Positions 1-10,833 of a stretch of 64,000 nucleotides of DNA are shown here, piece by piece. How positions within the stretch are numbered: the stretch's first letter is position 1; the number at the start of each line of letters is the position of its first letter. The notes under the pieces are model-generated. The model had not been told where the DNA came from. It saw only the letters and a list, made by a program, of their open reading frames with translations, and made no database searches. Made by a program: the position numbers and the translations under genes. Source of the DNA: Vicugna vicugna (Eukaryota); assembly GCA_013265495.1 (NCBI GenBank), contig MU058557.1:1-64000 (forward strand). The letters run 5' to 3'.

Positions 1-597
1 CCATGCCAAGCCTCCCGTTCAGGAAGACAGCCCACACCAGCCACTGGGGTGGGCACTGCAGGGAGAGACTGCCCCCACCTGAGCCTCTTCAGTGCCTCTA
101 GAACATTCTGACACATGGAGTCAGACGGAGCCGAGTTCCCATGGTGCTGCAAAGTGGACTTGGGGGTGAAGTGTCACAAGACCCCTGGGTTGCTGTGCAG
201 CCCACACCTCTAGGGATGACTGTGGTGAACGCGGAAGGTACTGGTCCCAGGCTCCTGAGAGACGCCAGCCCACGGGGGACATGTCCTGTGGGGGACACGT
301 CCTGTGGGGGACTGTGCAGGGCTGGGAGCCTGAAGGATTCCACCTACCTGGCTCAGCCACCCCCACTCTGCCCAAAAGGCCAGGACGGCCTGAGGCTGTT
401 CTGGGATCCAAGGGTGGTGACTGAGGCCTGGAACCTGGGTCAGAACACACCACTTTTTCTTCTGTTGCCAAAAGAAATGGGAGGTTCAGAGCAGTAATGC
501 GTGTCCAGGGCATCCGGGGGTTAGGGGGGAAGCTGCAGGCGTGGCATCTGGTTCACGGAAACGTCTCAGGCTACGCGCGGCGCCCTTCAGTTAGGGA

Positions 598-919
598 CAG
601 CTGGGCCTTGCGCCTGCGGGAGACTGAACCAGGGCTCCCTCAGACGCCGAAACCCGCTGATGCTCAAGCCCCTTCTGCCAAGCCGTGTAGTGTGTGCACG
701 TACATACTCCAGGCACATCCTCCAGTAAGCGTTACTCCTCCCTAGGCTGCTTATGACCCCTAATGCAACGTCAGTGTGATGTGAATAGTGGCCAGTGTGT
801 GGCCAGTTCCAGTTGCTTTAGGGAATATTCTGGGATTTTGCGGAGGGGGTTACATATTTTTAATTCACAGATGGATGGATCCGTGGATGTGGAAATGGCA
901 GAGTCGGATGGCCAAATGC
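598..919. mobile_element. Degenerate MER2/Tigger-like DNA transposon fossil
   Basis: Resembles the recalled MER2 consensus (gatgctcaagccc...gcacatcctcc...ggatccgtggatgtggaa...ggatggcc); ends approximate. Confidence 0.55.
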
Positions 920-967
920 ACTCATTTTTATTAGCACAAGATAGCCTTTGAAAAGGTTTCTGTTCTT

Positions 968-1511
968 TTAAAAAAAACATTTTTATTGAGCTATAGTCAT
1001 TTAACAATGTTGTGCCAAGTTCCAGGGTAGAGCACAGTTTTCCAGTTGTACATGAACATACATATATTCATTGTCACATTTTTTTTCGCTGTGAGCTACC
1101 ACAAGATCTTGTATATATTTCCCTGTGCTACACAGTATAGTCTTGTTTATCTAGTCTACATATGCCTGTCAGTGTCTACAGATTTTGAAATCACACTCTG
1201 TCGCTTCCCACCTCCTCCCACTGGCAACCACAAGTTTGTATTCTATGTCTATGGGTCTGTTTCTGTTTTGTATTCATGTTCATTTGTCTTCTTTTCTTTT
1301 TTCTTTCTTTCTTTTTTTTTAGATTCCACATATGAGCAATCTCATATGGTATTTTTTTTTCTCTTTCTGACTTACTTCACTTAGAATGACATTCTCCGGG
1401 AGCATCCATGTTGCTGCAAATGGCGTTATGTTGTCTTTTTTATGGCTGACTAGTATTCCATTGTATAAATATACCACATGTTCTTTATCCAGTCATCTGT
1501 TGATGGACATT
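968..1511 (-). mobile_element. 5'-truncated LINE-1 3' end with target-site duplication
   Basis: Antisense L1 3'-end text (ttttattgag...ccatgttgctgcaaatggc...tctttatccagtcatctgttgatggacat); flanked by AAAAGGTTTCT(g/a)TTCTT at 951-967 and 1512-1528. Confidence 0.8.
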
Positions 1512-1756
1512 AAAAGGTTTCTATTCTTAATCAAACTCCCCTAAGCCCCACCACGTCCAAGGCAGGCCCCAAGTTCTATGCTGATGAGCACAGGCCTCTG
1601 TCCAGTGTTACCGAGCTGGCCTCAGACTGGATGCATCGCCTGGTGGTCACTTCAAATTTACGGCCCCCACTGCCCATCCCAGGATCCGCACATGCGCCCA
1701 ATGGCCTGCAGAAGCCAGTCAGAGGTGGGCAGAGGGGACCATGGGATACTGCACTT

Positions 1757-1874
1757 CTGTGCTGGGAGGACAAGGATGCACTGCAGAACTGTGACGGAGG
1801 ATGCACAGCAGATCTGTCCTGGGAGGACCAGGGTGCACTGGAGAGCTGTGCTGGGGGACCAGGGTGCACTGGAA
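1757..1874. repeat. Short ~32-bp tandem repeat, ~4 degenerate copies
   Basis: Recurrent ctgtgctggg(a/g)ggaccagggtgcactg. Confidence 0.65.
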
Positions 1875-1947
1875 ATCATCCACAGGAACCAGAACAGGAA
1901 GCCGCCTGCTCCCTACACATCAGACTTCCACAAAGTCTGACCTCTAT

Positions 1948-2472
1948 TGTTGGAGGACACATGGAGGGCCAGCGTCACGGGTGGTTAAAGAATTTATCAA
2001 AGGCCAGGAGGAGTTCAAGAACAAAGGAAAGTTTAATAGTCATGCGGCTACAGTGGGCCACACAGACGACAGGTGCCCGCGTGTGCACCGAGTGTGAACG
2101 TGCAGGGTCTTTTAAGAGGAAGGGGCTGTGAACACAAAGGGACTAGGGAACAGATTTCTGACTGTCTGTAAGTGAGGTGAGGGGCTTTGGTACTTGGGGG
2201 GATAGTGGATCTATGACTCCCGTAAGATGGAGACGTGGGCTGACGCCAGCAAGGCCGCGGGACTCATGACTGATAAGGGGAGACGGGCTGAGCCACGTCG
2301 GCCTGAGCTGCGGTGAGGCTGGTCATTTCCCAGGGCTGTCAATTCTGCCAAGGCAGACACCCGCCAGGAGTTTATCTTCTGAGGAGGAGCAGGCAGGTGC
2401 CGAAGGGCTGGAGGTTTGGGGGCACAGGGCCTCGGCAGGCACCAGCTGCCACTGGTTCCGTGACCAGCAACA
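1948..2472 (-). mobile_element. Possible ERV solo LTR
   Basis: TG...CA ends; ATTAAA on the minus strand (2032-2037); no clear TSD. Confidence 0.35.
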
Positions 2473-3139
2473 GCTCAGAAAGCCGCACAGTCTGCACAGC
2501 CCTCCTGTCGCCAGCAAGGAGGTGACCAGTGATGACCACGCCCATCATTTTGTCCCTGCGTCCGACCTAGGACCCACAGGGGGAAGCCGGACGTGCCCCC
2601 AGCCGTCACAGGGCCCCCTTCTCGCCCCTCGTCCAGTTTCTCCAGGTTCACAGCCCCCATTAGGCACCCCTGAGCTCTCCCTTTTTCCACAAAGAAGCTC
2701 TCCATACACAGAAAATATTTTAACACATTAACATATACATCATATACTATGCATACCTGTAGTAAGTGTGTCTGTCACAGACCTGCACGTGTGTGCTGTA
2801 ACACCCAGCAGCACACACACATGATACAAGCACCAAGCTCCCCCGGCCCCTCCCTGCCTGGAGGCCTTGCTGAGCCCGGGGATGGGCGCAGACTCCCTGG
2901 CTGCAGCAGCTCCGAGAACCCAGCTTTTGCCTGTCCTATTAGAGTGCCCACCACACCCTCATCAGAGAAGGGAGAGGTGCCCACCAGGGCTAGGAGGACC
3001 AGAGGGCTCAAGTTAAGGCCTGGTACCCTGGTCTGCAGTGGGACATGTGGGCAGCATCCCTGTGGGAGGCAGGGAACAGGTGACCGCCAGGACTCTCACT
3101 GTCTCCCTAGGGTCCTGGCACCAGTCGCCCCACCCACAC

Positions 3140-3345
3140 ACACCCAATGAGGCGCCTCTGCTGCGTCTGGACTCCCCCAGGTCATCTGAGACAGCACCCA
3201 CCCAGAGAAACGGGAACTTCCAGAAGCAGGCGGTGCCACCGGTTTCAGTCCCATTCTTAGTGTTCGCAGGGTGGTGGTTAGGGGGTTCACACTCCGGGTC
3301 CGCAACTGAATTCCTAGGATGTTCAGCTACCACTTCCTAGAAAGT
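3140..3345 (+). promoter_or_regulatory. Putative I-gamma germline-transcript promoter
   Basis: gagaaacGGGAACTTCC (NF-kB, 3212-3221) mirrors the I-epsilon element at 21471-21487; TTCCTAGGAT (3311-3320) and TTCCTAGAA (3334-3342); lies just 5' of S-gamma. Confidence 0.55.
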
Positions 3346-3479
3346 GGGGCTGCGGACAAAGAGCCCAACCTGGAGGAGCACATGTGCCTAGGACAGAGCA
3401 GGGAAGGGGAAGGGGTGCCCAGGAGACCCAGGCTGCAAAGAAGCCACCTCCACAGCTTCCACCTTCGGTGAGTGGGGTC

Positions 3480-3717
3480 CAGGAGGGACAGACACAGACG
3501 GAGTGCAGGGGGGCAATGAAGGGGAGACCCCACCTCAGGGATGGGACCCCACAGGAGTTACAGGAGGGACAGGGACAGACGGAGTGTGGGGGGGCAATGA
3601 AGGGGAGACCCCACCTCAGGGATGGGACCCCACAGGAGTTACAGGAGGGACAAGGACAGACGGAGTGTGGGGAGGGCAATGAAGGGGAGACCCCACCTCA
3701 GGGATGGGACCCCACAG
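3480..3717. repeat. 78-bp tandem repeat, 3 copies
   Basis: caggagggacag...gcaatgaaggggagaccccacctcagggatgggaccccacag occurs three times; seen as a 26-aa period in ORF 3384..4058. Confidence 0.85.
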
Positions 3718-3899
3718 AGGGTCCAGGAGCACCTGAGCGAGCAGGAGGAAGGCAAGCTGCCCAGCGGTCGTGCTGCCCACCCAGCTCAAGGATGAGGGAG
3801 CCCTGGCAGGGGCTTGCCCACACCAGCGGAGCTGGTGCATCAGAGGCCAGTGGAGCTCAGCTAGGCCGCCAGGCCTTCAGGGAGCGGGTCACGGTCAGT

Positions 3900-5750
3900 G
3901 GGCAGAAGCCTGCCCGGGCTGCACGGGGCCAGTTGTGCCAGAGACACAGGGCTGGCCTGGCTTCCCGAGAGCTTGGAGCTCGCAGCACAGGGGCTGCCCA
4001 CCAGCTCCACTGGCTACAGGAGGGGCGATGGAGCCAGGGCGCAGAGGGTCAGGACTAGGAGCTGAGGGCTGGGAGCAGGGGGCGCAGAGACGCAGACCAG
4101 CACCTGGAGGGAACTAAGGAACAGGGAGACTTCTGGGGGCTCAGGGAGCAAAGAAGAGGCTTAAGGTACCCAAGGGCCAGGAGCTCTGCTGGGAGGGGAC
4201 CAGGGTGGGACAGAGACTCTGCTGGGGGAGAGCTGCCCAGAAAGGGAGGGGCACCGAGCAGCTCCAGGGAGAAGGGCCCAGGAGCAGAGCGGAACGAGGG
4301 GGGTGACCTGCGGCAGGTCACAAGGCAGGGGCTGCTAAGGGCCAGCACCCCAGGGACAAAGCTCAGGGAGGCCGCAGGTGAGCAGGAGACTGAAGCCCAG
4401 GAAGGCAGGGGGCTTCTCAGGAATATGGAGAACGCAAGTAGAGCACGTGCGGGTGAGCAGGGGCTGGGGGGCAGGGTGGCTGCTCCAGCCTCTCCAGGAA
4501 GCAGGTAGGGCTTGTGCAGGTGGGTGGGGGCTGAAGGGGCACAGGGCTCACACAGCATTTCAGGAAGCAGGCAGAGTTTATGCAGGTGGACAAGGGGCTG
4601 GGAGGGCAAGGAGCTGACCCAGGAAATCCAAAGAGCAAAGCCAGGCCTGGGAAAGAAATTCCCGGACTGGATCTGAACTAGGCTGAGGGCTCTGGGGCTG
4701 GCCAGAGGGGCTGGGGCTGTTCAAGGCCTGTAGCTCCAGGGACAGGGGTCAGAGAGGGTGTAGGTGAGCAGGGGCCTGCACCAGGACGGCAGGGGGCTGC
4801 CGCAGGTGGGCAGAGAGAGCAGGTAGACCTTGTGGGGGTGAGCAGGGGGCTGCACCAGGAGGGCGGGGGGCTGACGCAGGGGCTCAGAGAAAGCAGGTAG
4901 ACCTTGTGGGGGTGAGCAGGGGGCTGCACCAGGAGTTGCGGGTGCTGCCGCAGGTGGGCAGAGAAAGCAGGTAGACCTTGTAGGGGTGAGCAGGAGGCTG
5001 CACCATTAGGGCAGGGGACTGACACATGGGCTCAGAGAAAGCAGGTAGACCATGTGGGGGTAGCAGGGGGCTGCACCAGGAGTGCGCGAGGCTGCCGCAG
5101 GAGCCCGGGGACATGGCAGAGAGTTTGAGCTAAGGTCTGAGTAGGTGAGCAGGCCCAGCTGAGGGCTCCTGGGACAGCAGGACACTTGAGCCCCTGAGGG
5201 GCTGGCCAGATGGCGTGCTGGGGTGGAGAGAGGTCCCTGGCAAGGGAGTTCTGTAGGAATGAAGGAGAGGGGTCACCCCTGAGGGGACCCGATGGGCCCC
5301 AGTCCTTGGGCTTAAGGGCCCGTGGCGGGATGAGAAAGGAGGGGTGGACGTGCCATAGCATGGTGGAGTGAACAGACCCTGGGCCCAGCAGAGGGAAGGA
5401 AAACGCGGGGCTCGTTCAGGGCCTGAGCTGGGCTGCCAGCCAGAACAGAGCAGATGGGTCACGGTGAGAGGAGACAGACCCGGCCAGAGGTGGGCCTGGG
5501 CTGCTGACACCGAACAGGAGGGGAAGGTGGGGGCAGTGTGGGGCTCCGAACTGTGCTGAGGGATGACCTGGACTGAGAATGGACAAGGGCAGAAGGAAAG
5601 CAGGGACCTGAGAGCCACGAGCTGGGGTGGGGTCAGAGGCCCCGGTAGGAGGGGGAAGTGAGCCGAGGGGCTGTAGCTGGAGGTCCAGAAGAGGGACCGG
5701 AGCTCCCCAAGGCACAGACTCGCAGCCGGGCTGAGGCCACAGGGATGAAA
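3900..5750 (+). repeat. Gamma switch region (S-gamma): G-rich, degenerate, with a 74-bp repeat core
   Basis: G-rich top strand with AGCT/GGGG motifs; gcaggtagacc at 4819, 4893, 4967, 5041 (period 74); immediately 5' of gamma CH1; limits approximate. Confidence 0.7.
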
Positions 5751-6292
5751 GGGGAGGGGCCAAGGAGGAGGCCTGCAGGGACAGGGTCCAAGGGGGCCAG
5801 TGCCCATGGCCCAGGTGCTGTGCCTGCAGAGCTGACCCACAAGACACGGGCCCGGAGGGCAAAGAGCAGGCCAGGCAAGGGCCACGAGCAGGCTTCTGGG
5901 TGATGGAGGCCCACCACGCCAAGGAAAGGCCCGCTCATCCAGGACAGGGCCGGGCTGGGGCAGCAGGACGGTGAGCTCAGGGGACCAGCGGATGCTGCCC
6001 GGGTAGCACGCAGCACTGGTGAGGACTCAGACACAGGGCTCAGTCAGGCCAGGCACTTGCAGGAGGTTAGGGACTTGGGGGGCTGTCACCCAGGTGATCA
6101 CCCAGCTCTGACCCACAGCTGCAGAGGCACGAGGCCCCAGGTGGTGAGGGCCCTGCCGGCCAGCTGGTTTGCAGACATTCTGGAAGCACATGGGCGCTGG
6201 GCTCAGGGGTGCCCAGACCTGGACTCGTGACACCCTGCCCGGACCCTCCCAGGGGTGAAGCCCTGGTGGTCACACGGCCTAATTTCTTGCAG

Positions 6293-6586
6293 CCTCCACC
6301 AAGTCCCCATCGGTCTATCCTCTGACTGCTAGATGCAGGGACACGCCTGGCTCCACAGTGGCCTTCGGCTGCCTGGTCTGGGGCTACATCCCTGAGCCGG
6401 TGATGGTGACCTGGAACTCAGGCGCCATGTCCAGCGGCGTTCACACCTTCCCATCTGTTCTCATGTCCTCGGGGCTCTACTCCCTCAGCAGCTTGGTGAC
6501 ACTGCCCGCCAGCAGCTCGGCTGGCAAGACCTTCATCTGCAACGTAACCCACCCGGCCAGCAGCACCAAGGTGGACAAGCGTGTGG
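6293..6586 (+). pseudogene. IGHG2C: Gamma CH1 exon, open frame but with a dead 5' splice donor (skipped in heavy-chain antibody mRNA)
   Basis: [15 protein letters not shown]...[12 protein letters not shown]; acceptor ttcttgcag intact; donor reads G|ATAAGT (A at 6587) instead of G|GTAAGT. Confidence 0.92.
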
Positions 6587-9500
6587 ATAAGTGGACAGGC
6601 CACAGGGAGGTCATCCACTCCCAGACAGGACCGAGGTCAGCCCACCTCCCAGCTCGAACCACATGCCAGGATGGTGACCTCTGCTCAGGGTGTCAGACGA
6701 GGAGCGGTCTCCTCGCCTGGAGGCCTCCCAGGCTATGTTAGGGGTCCTCTGGATTTTCCACCAGGTTCAAGGTGGGCACAGGCTGGACAACTCTAACCCA
6801 CATAACTGGTGCCGATCCGCACCTTCCACAACCTGTCCCTGACCTAAACTCCACCCAGTGCCATTTCCCACCCACAGTAACCCCCATCTGCTCTCTCTGC
6901 AGCGCACCACAGCGAAGACCCCAGCTCCAAGTGTCCCAAATGCCCAGGTAAGGGAGCCAGGCTACACACTCCATTGCAAGGAATTGACCAGACACCAGGC
7001 ACCGCCTGATGAGGGAAACATGTGCCCTACAGGAGGCCCGTCCAGGTGCTGAACCACTTCTTGTTTCCCTCACCAGGCCCTGAGCTCCTTGGAGGGCCCA
7101 CGGTCTTCATCTTCCCTCCGAAACCCAAGGACGTCCTCTCCATCACCCGAAAACCTGAGGTCACGTGCGTTGTGGTGGACGTGGGTAAGGAAGACCCTGA
7201 GATCGAGTTCAGCTGGTCCGTGGATGACACAGAGGTACACACGGCTGAGACAAAGCCAAAGGAGGAACAGTTCAACAGCACGTACCGCGTGGTCAGCGTC
7301 CTGCCCATCCAGCACCAGGACTGGCTGACGGGGAAGGAATTCAAGTGCAAGGTCAACAACAAAGCTCTCCCAGCCCCCATCGAGAGGACCATCTCCAAGG
7401 CCAAAGGTGGGATGGACAACGGGCGCGGGAGGGTCCTGTGGGGCTGCTTGGAGCGACCATCGTGCTCACAGACACACCTGTCCCCACAGGGCAGACCCGG
7501 GAGCCGCAGGTGTACACCCTGGCCCCACACCGGGAAGAGCTGGCCAAGGACACCGTGAGCGTAACCTGCCTGGTCAAAGGCTTCTTCCCAGCTGACATCA
7601 ACGTTGAGTGGCAGAGGAATGGGCAGCCAGAGTCAGAGGGCACCTACGCCACCACGCCGCCACAGCTGGACAACGACGGGACCTACTTCCTCTACAGCAA
7701 GCTCTCGGTACAAGCTCTCGAAAGAACACGTGGCAGCAGGGAGAAGTCTTCACCTGTGTGGTGATGCACGAGGCTCTACACAATCACTCCACCCAGAAAT
7801 CCATCTCCCAGTCTCCGGGTAAATGAGCCTCACCCCGGCACTCCAGCGAACCCCCCTCCCCGAGGCTCCCGGGGTCCCGCGTGGACGCCTGAGCCCCACC
7901 CCTGTGTACATACCTCCCGGGCCAGCATGAAATAAAACACCCAGGGCCTCCCTGGGGCCCTGCAGCAATGTCATGGTTCTTTCCGAGCAGAGCTCCGGCG
8001 CCCGCCGGGCCTGCGGGAGGCGGGGGTAGGCCAGGATCTGAGGACAAACTTGGTACCATCAGGGGACTGGGGATGACCCGAGGTAAGGCATGGGGTCTGC
8101 CAGAGGCAGCAGCTCCCTAGGGTCCAGCGTCCGGCCAGCACCTCCTCAGGTTGGAGTGTGCAGAGGGGACTGGTAGAGCCTCCCAGGGACCCTCACGGAA
8201 ATGAGTGCACGGTTCTTCCCACCTCTCTCCAAGCCCAACTGTGGGACAGTGGCAGGTCCTTGTCCCCGCATTTCCAGTCCCCGGGGCCTCGAGGGCCCAC
8301 GTGCTGACACCCTGTCAACATGGGATCCACGCCTGGCCAGCGATGGGGGTACAGGCCTCCTGCTCGCAGGACGCACGGGGATCAGGCCCCACCTTCCCAC
8401 AGGCAAAGTGCTCGGGCCAGATCCGTACACTCGAGGGGACACTCACCCAGACCCATAGAAAACAAGACTTCTCATGGTGCACAACAGCCTGCACACCCCT
8501 CATCCACCTGCAAACTCACACAAACGCACGTGCCTGTGCAACTGCACATAAGCGCTCAACCACACAAGTGCACACAGGCCAGCCTTGCTCACTGGGTCCT
8601 CAACGGGGTACCCACCCGGGGCCAGACCGGAGCCTGCAGCCGGGTCTCATGAACACTCTGTGGACACCAGCTTGGTCCGCACTCCTCAAAGCCCCAGCAG
8701 CACTGACCACACTCTGACCACACTGGCCAGCTCAGACCCCCACCCCTCCTCTCCCCAGGACACCTGTGCCCCCTCCTCTACACACAGAGACCCAACACCC
8801 CACTGGTCCCTAGCATGACCACCCCACACCCTCGGGCACACAGGGACACCCCAAGGTTGCTTCCATCCTTCACTGCCGTAGGACCCACCACAAACCTGCT
8901 CTGCAGACCCCTGCCGTCTAGGCCTGGCCTCCAGTGGGAGGGAAGGCAGGGGTCAGGGCACCCTCCCCACAGAGGACCCCATGAAAGGCACAGCAGAGGA
9001 GAGGATGAGGGACCCCCATTGGCCAGGCCGAGATCTGGACCCAAGGAGTCCGGCCAAGACTGAGGCCCAAGCTGGAGGAATTGGGAACACGAGGTCGGTG
9101 CCCAGGGATTGACCTAAGGGAACCATTGATCCAGCCCCCCAGGGGGATCCTAGTGCCCCACCCGCCCTGTCACAGAGGGACCCACCCCCAGGCGCCACTG
9201 ACCCTGCCCTGGCACGTGACGGGCAGCCACAGAGCTGAACACCCCCTCCCTGTCCAGAGCCACTCCTGGAGGAGGAGAGCTGTGCCGAGGCCCAGAGCGG
9301 GGAGCTGGACGGGCTGTGGACCACCATCTCCATCTTCATCACCCTCTTCCTGCTCAGCGTGTGCTACAGCGCCACAGTGACCCTCTTCAAGGTGGGCGGG
9401 CCAGGCCAGCTGTCCCTGCTGTCCCCACACGGTGCCTGCACAGTCCCCCTTCCCTGTCCCCTTCCTGTCCCCTCACAGTCCCGTCACTGTCTCCTCACTC

Positions 9501-9823
9501 TCCCCTCTTGTCCTTTCTGTCCACTGTCTGTCCTTCTCTGTCTCTCCAGTCCATTCTATTCTCTCACTGTCCCTCTATGTCCTGGTCGGGACCTCGCTGT
9601 CCGTGGCTGTGCCCATGTAGTCCTCGCGCCACCCCACCTGAGCACACTTGCGGCCGGCAGTCCCAGGGCTGGGAGGCCAGGTCCTTGGGGGAAGCTGGCA
9701 TGGGGGCCCCGGCTGTGCTCACACCCGCCGTCCCTGCAGGTGAAGTGGATCTTCTCCTCGGTGGTGGAGCTGAAGCGGACGATCGTCCCAGACTACAGAA
9801 ACATGATCGGGCAGGGGGCCTAG
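6293..9823 (+). CDS. IGHG2C: Ig gamma constant gene, camelid heavy-chain-only isotype (gamma2c / short-hinge IgG3): skipped CH1, hinge, CH2, CH3-CHS, M1, M2; CH3 is frameshifted in this sequence
   Basis: Exon translations and AG/GT boundaries; CH1 donor GT>AT; hinge [15 protein letters not shown]; last gamma gene before IGHE. Confidence 0.88.
6903..6947 (+). CDS. IGHG2C: Gamma hinge exon [15 protein letters not shown]
   Basis: ctctctgcag|cgcaccacagc...tgcccag|gtaagg; 45 nt. Confidence 0.95.
7077..7406 (+). CDS. IGHG2C: Gamma CH2 exon
   Basis: [19 protein letters not shown]...[12 protein letters not shown]...ISKAK; caccag| and |gtggga; 330 nt. Confidence 0.96.
7490..7826 (+). CDS. IGHG2C: Gamma CH3-CHS exon with a frameshift at ~7708-7720 (premature TGA 7762-7764)
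   Basis: GQTREPQVY...LYSKLSV in one frame and [34 protein letters not shown] in another; membrane donor G|GTAAA at 7818/7819. Confidence 0.88.
7931..7936 (+). terminator. Secreted gamma polyadenylation signal
   Basis: AATAAA ~105 nt after the CHS stop. Confidence 0.8.
9258..9391 (+). CDS. IGHG2C: Gamma membrane exon M1
   Basis: [45 protein letters not shown]; tgtccag| and |gtgggc. Confidence 0.95.
9740..9823 (+). CDS. IGHG2C: Gamma membrane exon M2 (cytoplasmic tail with ITT motif DYRNM)
   Basis: [27 protein letters not shown]. Confidence 0.95.
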   Translation: MKWIFSSVVELKRTIVPDYRNMIGQGA

Positions 9824-10827
9824 CGTGTCCTCTGGGGGTGTCCACGGCCACCACAGGCCCCAGAGGTACCCCGTTCATCACTCCGAGCTGCTCAGCCACT
9901 ACTCCGCCCGCTGCCCTGCCAGTTCTGAGCTCTCGGCCATGCTCACCCGCACCTCCATCCTCCGACCTCACGGCCACCACCGACCACAACCTGCACCCTG
10001 CCCAGCTTCAGGGGCCAAATGGACAGCAGGTGCTACCACCAACCTGAGCTTAGGGGTCTGCCTGTCCTCACCGGGAGTGCCCGGGGCACCCTCAGGTTCC
10101 CTTGGATGAGCAGGAGGCTGGCATCCCGGGGCAGTGGGCAGGGATAGCTCTGTGGACACCATCAGATTGGTCATCAAGCAGGGTCCCCAAGGGGAGGTGC
10201 CTGTGTCAGATCCTTGGTGGGAACATATGCAGCCCTGGCCAACGTCTCGCAGCAGGGAAGCTTCTGGATGTGCCACCAACGGTCAGCCAAGTACTCAGCT
10301 CTGAGAAGGGCCTGGGCCCATGGCCCCTACAGGAGCCAGGCCTGCCAGGAACGGCAGTGAGGTCTCCCCACTCCAGCTTCCCAGAGACGGAACTGGTGAC
10401 CGGGTCCCCCAGGGGCAGGACACAGCCTCGCTGGACACAGCAAGAGGGACACTGGCACAACAGGGCAGTGGCCGCAGCCAGCCTGTCCCTTGGCCAGCGG
10501 CCTGAGTCACCTTCAGCAGGAGCTCCCCTGCACCGGGGGGTGGGGTGAGAGGCGACCCCGGGAGGAGGGAGCCCGACACCCCGGCGTCCCGGCCCGAGAC
10601 CCCTGGGCCTCTCCTGTCTTGTCCCTGGATGGGGAGGGGCAGGCCCCACTGCCGGGTGGTGGCGGGGGCGAGGGGGCGCGCTACAGCCAGAGGTCACGCC
10701 AGGCCTGGCTTGGGGAGCTGTGCATCCTTTCTAAACGTCTGGAGCCCATGAACTTTCTGCGCTGTTTCTCTTTGGTTTGGGTTTTTGTTGGGAGACTCTG
10801 GCTTCTCATATTTTCGGTTCTTTAGAC

Positions 10828-10833
10828 AATAAA
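10828..10833 (+). terminator. Probable membrane gamma polyadenylation signal
   Basis: AATAAA ~1 kb downstream of M2, preceded by a U-rich stretch. Confidence 0.6.

Noticed and set aside
6568..6576. Cryptic donor AAG|GTGGAC near the end of CH1
   Set aside because: It is phase 0 while the hinge needs phase 1, so it would be out of frame.
6587..6902. AT-starting intron as a minor-spliceosome (U12, AT-AC) intron rescuing CH1
   Set aside because: The donor is ATAAGT rather than ATATCC and the intron ends in AG; it is a broken U2 donor.
7705..7713. New donor TCG|GTACAA created by the CH3 insertion rescuing the membrane form
   Set aside because: Weak consensus and phase 0 versus the phase-1 M1 exon; it would also delete the second CH3 cysteine.
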